Notes under the pieces: generated by a model
Seen by the model: the letters and a program-made list of their open reading frames with translations, nothing else
Databases searched by the model: none
Told to the model about the DNA's origin: nothing
Source of the DNA: a virus
Taxonomy: Duplodnaviria > Caudoviricetes
IMG/VR virus record: IMGVR_UViG_3300033121_001507
Coordinates: 4,038-68,037 of that record
DNA length: 64,000 bases
Direction: 5' to 3' (one strand)
Shown here: positions 36,173 through 45,352 of the stretch, in pieces
Position numbering within the stretch: position 1 is the stretch's first letter
Layout of the letters: every line of letters begins with the position of its first letter
Program-made: the position numbers and the translations under genes

Positions 36173-37753
36173 TCACCTCCCATGAACAAGAATGGACACA
36201 CCATCACCCTTGATTGAACCGGTCCAATCTTTGGGATCGAGTGTGTTCAGTGGATAATACTGTGCCGAAAATCCTCGTGTGCTAGTGGTGCCCAAATTAC
36301 CCCGAGGGTTAATGATGATCGTCCAGAATTCCCCATCACGCTGCGCTGTGAATGAGCGGACTACACCGTAATCCTTCTTCATTCCGTCACCAAGGATGCT
36401 CTGGTCAAAGCGGAATGGAGGCACAGGATTCGGGCTGTTCCAGTGGTTGTTAGCTCTGGTCCAGTTAGGAAGATCGTCGGGAAGCATGTTCTTGATGCGA
36501 GTGATCAAGTCCAAAGCTTCCGTATACTTGGGCTGTTCCCACAGGTTTGCAGGACGGAATCCGGCTGTCGGATGAGTGTATGCCCTTCCGTAGATTCCAG
36601 CGCCAGAGTGAGCCACGTAGGCCGCACATCCAGCAATCCATGTGGTGACAGCTTCCGTAGCGATCTTGGTAGGATCTTCTTCAACACGCACTGAAGAACC
36701 AATGCCGATAGGCTCATTGTTCTGACAAGCTTTGGGCATGTCCTCCAATTCCCAATAGCCCCAGATCTGTCGCATCGGGCGGAATCCGAAATCTCCATCT
36801 GCTCTATCCGTGTGCAAAGTTCCGATAGTAGCAGCGGATCCCGCATACAAAATTGGAAGTTCCTTCTCAGGAGTTCCAGAAAGTGCAACCTCAAATCCTA
36901 CCTCGGAGCGAACAAGGGCCGCGATGTCTCGAACGACACTCTGATCAGGGAGTTGCTGTTCGTTCGTGATTTCAACGAGCTGAACACCGTTAGCCACGGG
37001 CTTCAGGGCTTCGACCATCAAGTTGGCAGCGGACATCCACTGATTTCTCGAGGTATAGCACCCTCCAGCAAACAGAGTCCATTCTACCCGCATTCCGTAG
37101 GAGTTCACCAGCTTAGTTGACTGTTGGAGAATCTCCTTGTAGTTGGGCCAGTCTGGACGGATTTCTCTGTCAGTCCAAGATCCTCCACAGACTTCGGCAA
37201 AGGCTCGGACAAAATCAACACCATGTTCAGCCAGATACTTGACGTTGGCTTCGGTCCTGACAGGATCGTTCTTCACACCCCAAGGGAGCCAGAACAAGGT
37301 AGCACCCAAGCGAGGGCGCATTCCAAGCTCGTCGGAGTAGGTTCTGCCATTGAGTTTGACTCGACCATTGAACTCACGGTAAACTGTAGGAGGTGGAGCA
37401 ACAACTTCCGCATCCAAGGATACCGGAACGCTATTGGTTGAGCAGACTGGCAAGGTCGCTGTCGTGGAAAGATACCCACCTGCGGATACCGTGATGGTAT
37501 AGGATCCTTCCGGCAACGTAATGGTGCCGTTTCCTGCTTCGTCGGTGAGGAATGACCACGAGGTAGCGCCGGAGTAATCAATCCGCGCACCTGCGATTTT
37601 GCGGTCATTCGCGGGATCTCCGTAGAACACTGGCACCATGATGGCACAGGTCTTCGCCTGGACAACAGGCGTTGTGGGCGTCTGGATTGATCCAGGATTT
37701 GTGCTGGCGCACGCAGAAGCCAGTAGCGCGATTCCTACCAGAAAGCGTTTCAT
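36173..37753 (-). CDS. lipoprotein with beta-sandwich domain and putative clan GH-A glycoside hydrolase barrel
   Basis: Lipobox LASAC; YTITVSAGGY; GVDFVRAF; EITNE and NNEP candidate catalytic Glu. Confidence 0.65.
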   Translation of the reverse strand: MKRFLVGIALLASACASTNPGSIQTPTTPVVQAKTCAIMVPVFYGDPANDRKIAGARIDYSGATSWSFLTDEAGNGTITLPEGSYTITVSAGGYLSTTATLPVCSTNSVPVSLDAEVVAPPPTVYREFNGRVKLNGRTYSDELGMRPRLGATLFWLPWGVKNDPVRTEANVKYLAEHGVDFVRAFAEVCGGSWTDREIRPDWPNYKEILQQSTKLVNSYGMRVEWTLFAGGCYTSRNQWMSAANLMVEALKPVANGVQLVEITNEQQLPDQSVVRDIAALVRSEVGFEVALSGTPEKELPILYAGSAATIGTLHTDRADGDFGFRPMRQIWGYWELEDMPKACQNNEPIGIGSSVRVEEDPTKIATEAVTTWIAGCAAYVAHSGAGIYGRAYTHPTAGFRPANLWEQPKYTEALDLITRIKNMLPDDLPNWTRANNHWNSPNPVPPFRFDQSILGDGMKKDYGVVRSFTAQRDGEFWTIIINPRGNLGTTSTRGFSAQYYPLNTLDPKDWTGSIKGDGVSILVHGR

Positions 37754-37754
37754 G

Positions 37755-38174
37755 TCAAACCTCGATGTGTGGACGGTCCATCTTCTTCGGAGTCCAGTCC
37801 CCGCCCCAAACTAGACCTCCGATTATGTGAACGGCCTCCCCAAGGATCTGCCAAGGACCGTCCCATGTAACACGCCCCTTAACAACAAACACCAGATCGA
37901 CCGCGTGAAAATATCCATCACTTTGAATCTGGTGTTTACTCTTGTTCTTTACTCCGTCACAATATGTGACAATCTTTCCAGGAGTAGTTCTCCCTTGGGC
38001 ATAGAGGGTCTTCTGTCGATCGGTGGATCGAAGACCCTCGATGACCTTCATTACGTGGCCCTTCTTCCGCACATACTCGATGATCTGCGGAATCTTTTCT
38101 GCCAGCAAGGGATGAGCTCCTCGTAGGGGATCTAGTGTCTCAGCCATGACGGTGCATCCTTTAGCCAAGTCCAC
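37755..38174 (-). CDS. endolysin, M15-family peptidase
   Basis: EGLRSTDRQKTLYAQGRT, SKH, HAVD, WGGDW, DRPHIE. Confidence 0.9.
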   Translation of the reverse strand: MDLAKGCTVMAETLDPLRGAHPLLAEKIPQIIEYVRKKGHVMKVIEGLRSTDRQKTLYAQGRTTPGKIVTYCDGVKNKSKHQIQSDGYFHAVDLVFVVKGRVTWDGPWQILGEAVHIIGGLVWGGDWTPKKMDRPHIEV

Positions 38175-38641
38175 AAACCTTCGAAGAGTGCGATGATTCC
38201 AGCGATAGCTCCTGCGGAAATTGTGAATTTGGCAACTCGGTTTCGTTTCGTTGTAACTCCAGTGGCTTCTTCTACCACGGTGAGTCGTTCATTGTTCTTA
38301 GTGATAGAATCTGCTACATCATCGAGGGTATCCTCCACCGTGTTGATTCTGGCCGAGAGATTACGGACGACCGATGTGTGTTCGACACAATTCATTTCAC
38401 TAGTGCGCTCATCAATGCGAGCAACATCCTTTTCCAACTGGTTCACACGACCGTTGGTAAGGTCTTGTTTCGCCATGATGATCTTGGTCGTCTCCCGAAA
38501 CTCCATTCTCGTGGTATTTGATTCTTGAATGATTGCTTCACGAAGATCACTCATCATTCTAAGAATCATTTCAGTCTGAGAGTCCATACGTTTGGGCGCT
38601 CCTGAATTCGTCTCCGACGGGATCGTAGCTTCGGGAGACAT
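38132..38641 (-). CDS. coiled-coil protein with C-terminal TM (holin/lysis accessory candidate)
   Basis: LTNGRVNQLE coiled coil; AIAGIIALFEGLW; adjacent to the endolysin. Confidence 0.6.
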   Translation of the reverse strand: MSPEATIPSETNSGAPKRMDSQTEMILRMMSDLREAIIQESNTTRMEFRETTKIIMAKQDLTNGRVNQLEKDVARIDERTSEMNCVEHTSVVRNLSARINTVEDTLDDVADSITKNNERLTVVEEATGVTTKRNRVAKFTISAGAIAGIIALFEGLWTWLKDAPSWLRH

Positions 38642-38667
38642 AGGTTATCCTTCCTGGAACCTAACCA

Positions 38668-40482
38668 TTACCGAGGATAAGAGAAAGATACTCCCAACAC
38701 CTGAGCCGTTGCTGCAAGATTATCACTTGCATGGGCGCCATCCCGATAGATATCAATAGCCATGATATCTCCGCGAGCACAACCTGTTACGTCGAGGGTA
38801 ATAGTAGCCGACCGAACCACATTGGCGGAAGCATGAGCAGCAGAGGTCACAGTGGCAGCGGACCCAAATGCGGTGGTCATCAAGTCTCCTGTGGATGAAC
38901 AAGCGGTTTTAGCTTGCCAAACAGCAGATAGACCAGCATTTGAAACATTTGCTGTCCAATAGATGGTAGCCTTGAATGAAGTAGCCCAAGCACTCTGGTT
39001 AGCTGCCGAAGTCGTGTCAGGGATGAGAATGGTTGTTTGGATATGGTTAACTGAAGCATCCAGGAAAGCAGCCGCACACTTCTGTGATGTGCTGGATGCA
39101 ATCATTCCAAAAGTAGGAAGACCAGATCCAAACCCATTCCATTCCCATTGAAAACTTTGTCCACAGGTATTGTTGGCATACCCATAGGCCATCGGACGAT
39201 AATCAGTGATGGCTTGAACAGATGACTGAACGTAGTCGAGGCGCACCGCAGCATCCGATGAACAGGTAGTCGCCACGCCGCCCGTGCTTGTCACAGGAGA
39301 TCCACTGCATCCAGCCGTACTGGCTCCGATGTAGTAAGCCGAGGCGTGGGCCTTCGATGCACCCGTGGCGGAGCCGAAGTACGCGTCCGTCACGTCGGCG
39401 TTACCGATCACGGCGGTGTTGTCGCCCGCGCCACTCGTGTACGCCCCAATCACGATCTCGTTGGTCGAGGTCGAGTTCTTACTGCCGTTGTTGGCCCCAA
39501 TGAAAACGCTGTGCTCGCATCCGGTCAGGTACGTGGGATATCCAGAGGAGGTGGTCGTGGCGGACCACGCGCCGAACGCCGAGCACTCCGACCCCCCAGT
39601 GACGTCGCCCATCGAGTCGTCTCCGAAGGCGGCGTGGTAGTGGCCCCACTTGTTCTCGAACATCGACCACGCGCCGAAGGCCGAGTTTCCCATGCCGGTG
39701 CGGTTCTTGGTGAGAGCCGCTGCGCCTACGGCAGTACTTTCGTAACAGGTCACACAGTCTTCAAGCGCGCTCTGTCCGAATGCGCTGCTCCACCAGCCGT
39801 CGTAACTTTCACTCAAACGCCACTTCAGTGCGTGGAGTCCGACACCGATACTCTGGCCAGCGCCATTAGAGGCGATGCCGTGTGTACTCGCGGCATCGCC
39901 TCTAACTTCAATGGCGGTGCCAAGCGCCGTCACTCCTGCGAGCACGGGAGTCGTATTCGGGGACACCTTGTAGACGGACACCGCTTCGCACACGCCAGCG
40001 AAGGTGTTCGCCTCAGGGACGACCGCGAATGTGACCGCAGCCGTAGCTGCGGCTTCATAGATAAAACTGGCGAAGTACTGCAGCGAGCCGTACTGCGACG
40101 AGGCCCCAACGGGCCACAGCGAGCCGTTCAGCGTCACACCATCAGCCTTGACGAAGAACGCTCCTGCTGAAGGCTCGCAGTAGGTCCGCACAAGGATGAC
40201 GTCGCCGGAGGTGACGTTGATCGCCTGCGACAGCGTGCCGGTGGACCCGGCCGTCTTGGTCACGCGCCCGCTGCCCCATGCCCAGCCAGTGCCGAGTGTC
40301 CAGCCGTTTGCGTTGTCGAGAAAATCCCCGTTCGTGTCAAGGCGTGTCAGACTAGCAGAAGTCTGTGGAACACGAAATGGATTTGTGGCTGACCCTACTG
40401 GTGCTTTTGAGTTCTTGACCTGAGCAAAGCACTGAGCAGTGAACAGAAAGCTCAAGAGGAGAACAAGAACCACTTTTTTCAT
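38668..40482 (-). CDS. tail fibre/adhesin-like protein with an N-terminal signal peptide
   Basis: MKKVVLVLLLSFLFTAQCFA; carbohydrate-binding-like NGDF domain; YadA-like AVG/AFG repeats. Confidence 0.65.
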   Translation of the reverse strand: MKKVVLVLLLSFLFTAQCFAQVKNSKAPVGSATNPFRVPQTSASLTRLDTNGDFLDNANGWTLGTGWAWGSGRVTKTAGSTGTLSQAINVTSGDVILVRTYCEPSAGAFFVKADGVTLNGSLWPVGASSQYGSLQYFASFIYEAAATAAVTFAVVPEANTFAGVCEAVSVYKVSPNTTPVLAGVTALGTAIEVRGDAASTHGIASNGAGQSIGVGLHALKWRLSESYDGWWSSAFGQSALEDCVTCYESTAVGAAALTKNRTGMGNSAFGAWSMFENKWGHYHAAFGDDSMGDVTGGSECSAFGAWSATTTSSGYPTYLTGCEHSVFIGANNGSKNSTSTNEIVIGAYTSGAGDNTAVIGNADVTDAYFGSATGASKAHASAYYIGASTAGCSGSPVTSTGGVATTCSSDAAVRLDYVQSSVQAITDYRPMAYGYANNTCGQSFQWEWNGFGSGLPTFGMIASSTSQKCAAAFLDASVNHIQTTILIPDTTSAANQSAWATSFKATIYWTANVSNAGLSAVWQAKTACSSTGDLMTTAFGSAATVTSAAHASANVVRSATITLDVTGCARGDIMAIDIYRDGAHASDNLAATAQVLGVSFSYPR

Positions 40483-40862
40483 GAGGTCACCCACAGTCTA
40501 ACGATTCCAGCCGTGGAAATTCCAGCGTTTGCTACAACTACATCAATGGAAAACTCAGGGTCAAGGACCAGGGGAGGATCAAACGTAACAAGTCGAAGAT
40601 CCGTATTAGAGAGATCATCCCCAAGATTAGCATCGTCTACCGTGGTAAGTGCTACTCCCTCGGAGTCAACCAAGGATACATCGTATCCAAGGGAAGGAGA
40701 GTCATCTGCATCAGGAATAAACTTTACCTGTCGTAGAAAACCATAGATTGACTGAGGGTGTCCACTAACAGCACCAGAGGCATCGCTCGTCCAAGCAAAG
40801 TCATAGCGAGTAACACCTGGTAGAACCTCTTTCTTTGTGGTAAATACGACTGATCCAGGCAT
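40479..40862 (-). CDS. beta-rich virion accessory protein
   Basis: Position in the tail module; ATGA coupling. Confidence 0.6.
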   Translation of the reverse strand: MPGSVVFTTKKEVLPGVTRYDFAWTSDASGAVSGHPQSIYGFLRQVKFIPDADDSPSLGYDVSLVDSEGVALTTVDDANLGDDLSNTDLRLVTFDPPLVLDPEFSIDVVVANAGISTAGIVRLWVTS

Positions 40863-40869
40863 AGGTTCC

Positions 40870-41472
40870 TCAATTCTTTTTGCACACCAACAGTTGGATG
40901 TAAGGAGCATTTGTCCCTGCAACACTCCCAGAATTGTTGACAGTGGTGCCAACAGTGATGCCAGTGGTGGAACTTCCTGTTGTAGGAACTCCATCAACAA
41001 GATCGTAACTGCCTGTGGAAGAAGTAGCATCTCCGCTTGCTGAAACTCCTCCTGTGTGAGTGTGGCCTGGATCAGTGACAGTAGATGTAGCGGTGTGGTT
41101 GTGTTGACCAACAGCCCGGTTCTCTTGATCGGTAAGAGCAGTTCCAACAGAGGCACTCAGTGTGCCGCTTCCTGGCATCCCCACAAGATATCTGCCACGG
41201 GCCGCAGTGAGCTCAGTCCATCCTGTAGGGCAAGAAGACAACTGAAAGAAGGCAACCTGCCCGGTAGGGGCACTCGCTCCAGACAGAGTGTCCACTTGCT
41301 CTTTCAGATAGAGCATGTTGTCCCTGATATGGGTGTTGAGCATAGTAGCGGTAACTACTTCCTCCGCACCCCACGACTTCGGAGTAGTCCACGAGGTGGC
41401 GGAAAGAATAGCTACATACCCAAGCAGAATTCCGAACATTACCCCAAGAATAGATTTCACTGTGCTTCTCAT
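40870..41472 (-). CDS. tail collar-like fibre protein with N-terminal hydrophobic leader
   Basis: WTTPKSW anchor; GQVAFF..CPTGW..ARGRYLVG collar motif; T/G-rich repeats; PYIQLLVCKK. Confidence 0.75.
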   Translation of the reverse strand: MRSTVKSILGVMFGILLGYVAILSATSWTTPKSWGAEEVVTATMLNTHIRDNMLYLKEQVDTLSGASAPTGQVAFFQLSSCPTGWTELTAARGRYLVGMPGSGTLSASVGTALTDQENRAVGQHNHTATSTVTDPGHTHTGGVSASGDATSSTGSYDLVDGVPTTGSSTTGITVGTTVNNSGSVAGTNAPYIQLLVCKKN

Positions 41473-41479
41473 GTGGTCC

Positions 41480-44400
41480 TCACGCACCCAAGCGGGTATT
41501 CACACCGAGTTTGGACTTATTCAGAATCCACTTCTCCGAGGGAGTAGGAGCCAGCCACAAGGTAACGAAGAAGATTCGTCCTTCTCCAAACTCCCACTTG
41601 ATCCCATTGACAAAGCACACCTGATCGATTCCAGTTACAGTCTCTTGAACATACACTGTATCACCAATGTCGAGCAAGAGAACTTGACCAATCAAGTCGG
41701 TGGTTTGTGACGCAAAGAAGCTTACTGTTTCCACCAATAGATGTTCAGAGAGGTATTGAGTTGCTAGAGTATTGGCAGTTCCCTGAGCAACCGAGGGATC
41801 ATCCTGGAACGGCATCCTGATTTCGGTCGATCGGCGACCCGTCCCAGTCACCGCCTGAACTTTAACCTCGGCGAGTGTGTAGATTCCGTCTCCGCGAACC
41901 TCACACTTCGTTCTGTAAGCCGACAGAGTTCCGTGGTTATTGGTAAAGGTCAGGTAAACACAGTCAGCCCAAGCCTCCATGACTACTGAAACACTCGCAG
42001 ACAGATTCGTGCCAGAGCCATCTGCCGCGCTGTTGCAGGTATAGTCTGTTCCTGCAACAGGAGACACGACATTCATGGCAGCGATACGAGTATCTCGTTG
42101 TGCGGGATCAGTGTAATCAAGGATGATTGTCTCTGATGCTCCAGGAGCCAATGGTGTTGGAGGAACCGAAGATTCAATTGCAACTGCTCCAGCCATGGAC
42201 GCACGAGGAACAACATACCGTGGAGTGTAAGAGATGATGATTCTATCGAAAGTAACATCCTTCGTTGGGCGTGTTGTCGTTTTCGTTTTAGTGTCAGGAA
42301 GCGAAATGGATGCAGCAGGGGTAGTCTCCCTATGTGTTCTCGGTTCATAGGTCACTGTCTGCCCATCAGTTGCATCTCGCTTGGTATACTGATAACCAAA
42401 CGACGACAAGCAAAGATCCTGGAAGCCTGTTAGAAGATTACCTGACAAAGTATCCATGGCGTAAGGATATGTATCTGGCCCTACTCCAATGGATCTATTG
42501 ACAGGAGCAATGGTAGATGCATCCAACAAGGCTGTAGCGATTTCATCTTCCGTCTTGTTCAACTGAACAGCCACGTCGGGAGGGGCATATGCAAGAATGT
42601 TCTGATAATCGAGAACGGTACAGAACACTCGCTTCGCGTTGACCATTCCTGGTTCAGGAATTGCATCATCCAACCAACCCATCCAACGAGTAACTACACT
42701 TCCTTCAAAACCAGCCGAAAGACGAATTCGGATGTTCGAATTCCAACCAGGTCTAGTGTTTAGGTGATTCAAAGAATAGTAACCAACCAGACCACCACTG
42801 TTTCCCTCATCATTTCGCAAGGTAAAGGACAGAGTCCCTGATTCCGCAACACGCTGATCAATAGCAAGACCTCGAATTCCATACTCAAGGTTGATTGATC
42901 CCATGTATACGTCGGAGGTGATGTCAGTCCACCCACCCCCCACTCCATTCAACTCAGCTTCAATCCACTTATTAAAGGATATCTCGTAGGAATCCAAATA
43001 AATAGAGAGAAAGCTGTCCCCGCTAGATGAAAGAAGGGTTTCGGAGTCGGCTAAAGCTATTCCGGATGACAGAGTGTCAAGATCTGTTAGAGCTAACAGA
43101 GTCTCGGAGTCTGACACGGAAGTAACAAACGACCAACCAGATCCAGGCGTTGTTACACTTTGATTATTAGTGCTATAGTAGGCGAGCCATGTGTCGCTCG
43201 GTGTGGCTACACAATGTTGCACACTGAGGTAATTCGCAGCCACCGTCCCGCCGCCATCTTTCACGAAGGTATAGGTTGCAGTGGACGAACTATCCAGTGT
43301 AATCAGATTACCCGATGTGCCATTGACATCGAACGTTCCGAAGTGCGTCGTCGTGCCTGCTGTGAACTTGAACGTACGAGGACCGTTCGTCGCGTAGAAC
43401 CGGGTGAACGTGTTCGACCCTGTGATGGTCCATCCGCCGGTATCGCCAGACCCGGTGAACTCAACGTTGTTGTAAGTCTTGCCCCCACCAGCGAACGTTT
43501 TTGCGCTTGCCCCTCCGCCAGACAGTACGATTTTGCCGGTGTGTGCGGAGACGGTAGCCCCGGACGCGATATTGACCAGCGTGCCAGACGCGTTCGAGTT
43601 AGACAGCGTGCCACTACCAATGGACAGCGTCGCTCCGGTCGAAAAGTAAATTATGCCTGAACATGACAGGTCGAACCCGTTCAGGTCGAAACTAGCCGGG
43701 TTTGCGCTATCGCCGATCGATGTAATCGACGTACTGCACCCAAGCCGGAACGTGGTTCCGGTGCCGTGGCCGCGCAGACCCCAGTTTATGGATGCCGGAC
43801 TCGGGACTGTCCACACAAGCGTACCGCGTTTATCGGCGTACTGGCACACGCCGGTCCCTCCGAGCGTGCTCCCGCTCGGCATCGTGACGTTTCCATAGAA
43901 CGACTGGCCGATTCCTCCGTTCACGTTCGACAGCGTGAAAGCGTAGGACGAACCAGACCCGTCAATCGCGCAGATCTGCCGAGCGTACAGGGACACGGTC
44001 TTCCCGGTCCCCGTAAACGAATAGGCATTGAATACCGCAGTGTCGTGCGTGAGCGGAACCGACGCACCACTCCCAGTTCCATCACTGTTGGCCGTCCAAT
44101 GTGACGTATCGTACCAGCTTCCAGAATCACCGACCCAGTAACGGTTTTTCGGCGTACTCCACGACCACGACCCCGAGTTACCGGCTGCGTCTCCAATCTC
44201 CGTGCCCGACCATGTAGCCGCACCTGCGGCCGCGATGTCCGTGAAGTTCGCGTATGACAGGGCGACCGCGGCGGCCGTGATCGTCCGAGACGTGCCAGTG
44301 CCAGAACTGAACACGCGGAGACGGTACCGGTTCGACCCGGCGATCGTGAGCGTTCCACCAGTCAGAGAGAATGACGCTCCGATCTGAAGCGAGGCGTTGT

Positions 44401-44983
44401 ATCCAGATGTTCCACTGAACTCCACGTCCCCATTGAAGGCCCACGACCCAGACAGAACCGTCGTGCCCCCAGAGACGGTGACCGTGATCTTGTTTCCGTT
44501 CTGGTCGAGCGTCCCTGCCGAATACGAGATCGTGCCGCCGCTGGCCGACAGGGCGAGCGGGGCCGTCAGCTGAAACGTTCCGCCAGAACCGTTCAGCGCG
44601 AACGTCGAGGACAGCATGGCCACGCCGTTCGTATTGATGGTGACCGTGCCAGAGGTGGCCCGGAACGTGAGCACGCCCGTGTAGGTCCACGTGATCCCGG
44701 ATGTTCCATCGGTGAGCGCCATGGACCCGTAGATATTGAGAGCTGAGCTTCCAGCGAAGGTGACCTTGTTACTCGCCCCCGGCCCGGCCATGTCGAGGCT
44801 CAGGCAATTCGCAGTAGCATTGACCGTTGCGGTGTAGGCCGCGTTCGACGCGCTAGATAGGTTGGTGAAGTACACATCGTCGGACGACGTCGGCACAGCC
44901 GCACCAGAAGACCCACCGTCAGTCGTGGACCAATGGGCCGTGTCGTTCCAGTTGCCAGTACCACCAACCCAGTACCGAGCCAT
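41480..44983 (-). CDS. large tail protein: beta-solenoid N-terminal half fused to a tail-tip/hub-like C-terminal half
   Basis: YWVG..G.W.DT.HW twice; G/S/T-rich; SDSETLL linker repeat; follows the tape measure gene. Confidence 0.75.
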   Translation of the reverse strand: MARYWVGGTGNWNDTAHWSTTDGGSSGAAVPTSSDDVYFTNLSSASNAAYTATVNATANCLSLDMAGPGASNKVTFAGSSALNIYGSMALTDGTSGITWTYTGVLTFRATSGTVTINTNGVAMLSSTFALNGSGGTFQLTAPLALSASGGTISYSAGTLDQNGNKITVTVSGGTTVLSGSWAFNGDVEFSGTSGYNASLQIGASFSLTGGTLTIAGSNRYRLRVFSSGTGTSRTITAAAVALSYANFTDIAAAGAATWSGTEIGDAAGNSGSWSWSTPKNRYWVGDSGSWYDTSHWTANSDGTGSGASVPLTHDTAVFNAYSFTGTGKTVSLYARQICAIDGSGSSYAFTLSNVNGGIGQSFYGNVTMPSGSTLGGTGVCQYADKRGTLVWTVPSPASINWGLRGHGTGTTFRLGCSTSITSIGDSANPASFDLNGFDLSCSGIIYFSTGATLSIGSGTLSNSNASGTLVNIASGATVSAHTGKIVLSGGGASAKTFAGGGKTYNNVEFTGSGDTGGWTITGSNTFTRFYATNGPRTFKFTAGTTTHFGTFDVNGTSGNLITLDSSSTATYTFVKDGGGTVAANYLSVQHCVATPSDTWLAYYSTNNQSVTTPGSGWSFVTSVSDSETLLALTDLDTLSSGIALADSETLLSSSGDSFLSIYLDSYEISFNKWIEAELNGVGGGWTDITSDVYMGSINLEYGIRGLAIDQRVAESGTLSFTLRNDEGNSGGLVGYYSLNHLNTRPGWNSNIRIRLSAGFEGSVVTRWMGWLDDAIPEPGMVNAKRVFCTVLDYQNILAYAPPDVAVQLNKTEDEIATALLDASTIAPVNRSIGVGPDTYPYAMDTLSGNLLTGFQDLCLSSFGYQYTKRDATDGQTVTYEPRTHRETTPAASISLPDTKTKTTTRPTKDVTFDRIIISYTPRYVVPRASMAGAVAIESSVPPTPLAPGASETIILDYTDPAQRDTRIAAMNVVSPVAGTDYTCNSAADGSGTNLSASVSVVMEAWADCVYLTFTNNHGTLSAYRTKCEVRGDGIYTLAEVKVQAVTGTGRRSTEIRMPFQDDPSVAQGTANTLATQYLSEHLLVETVSFFASQTTDLIGQVLLLDIGDTVYVQETVTGIDQVCFVNGIKWEFGEGRIFFVTLWLAPTPSEKWILNKSKLGVNTRLGA

Positions 44984-44986
44984 ATG

Positions 44987-45352
44987 TCACACCGTGAGGG
45001 TTAGAGTAAGAACTCGAACATTTCCAGAAACTTTCGTTCCAAGGCTAACTACCTTTCGACGGAGCATGTCTCCACCACTTGCAGCGTTAAATACCCCTAC
45101 TTCAGTCCAGTCGAAATTTCCAACGGACGAGCCAAAGGTAGCTTGAATCGTAATGACATTATCAACTCTCGTGATCGAATCTACCAATACCCGAACTTTG
45201 TTAGAAACTGCCTGAAGATCCGTTTGGGCAGCATCAAAAGCAGTAGAACTATCCCCAACACCCACATAGGTGTTAGCAGTAGTAAAAGTCGTGATGCTTT
45301 CACCCATTAGGGCTTTGGCAAATAGAGTAGCTCCAACAGTAGTGAGTCCCAT
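44987..45352 (-). CDS. minor tail protein
   Basis: VGVGDS, ATF...NFDWTEVGVFNAASGG pattern common in phage tail proteins. Confidence 0.7.
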   Translation of the reverse strand: MGLTTVGATLFAKALMGESITTFTTANTYVGVGDSSTAFDAAQTDLQAVSNKVRVLVDSITRVDNVITIQATFGSSVGNFDWTEVGVFNAASGGDMLRRKVVSLGTKVSGNVRVLTLTLTV

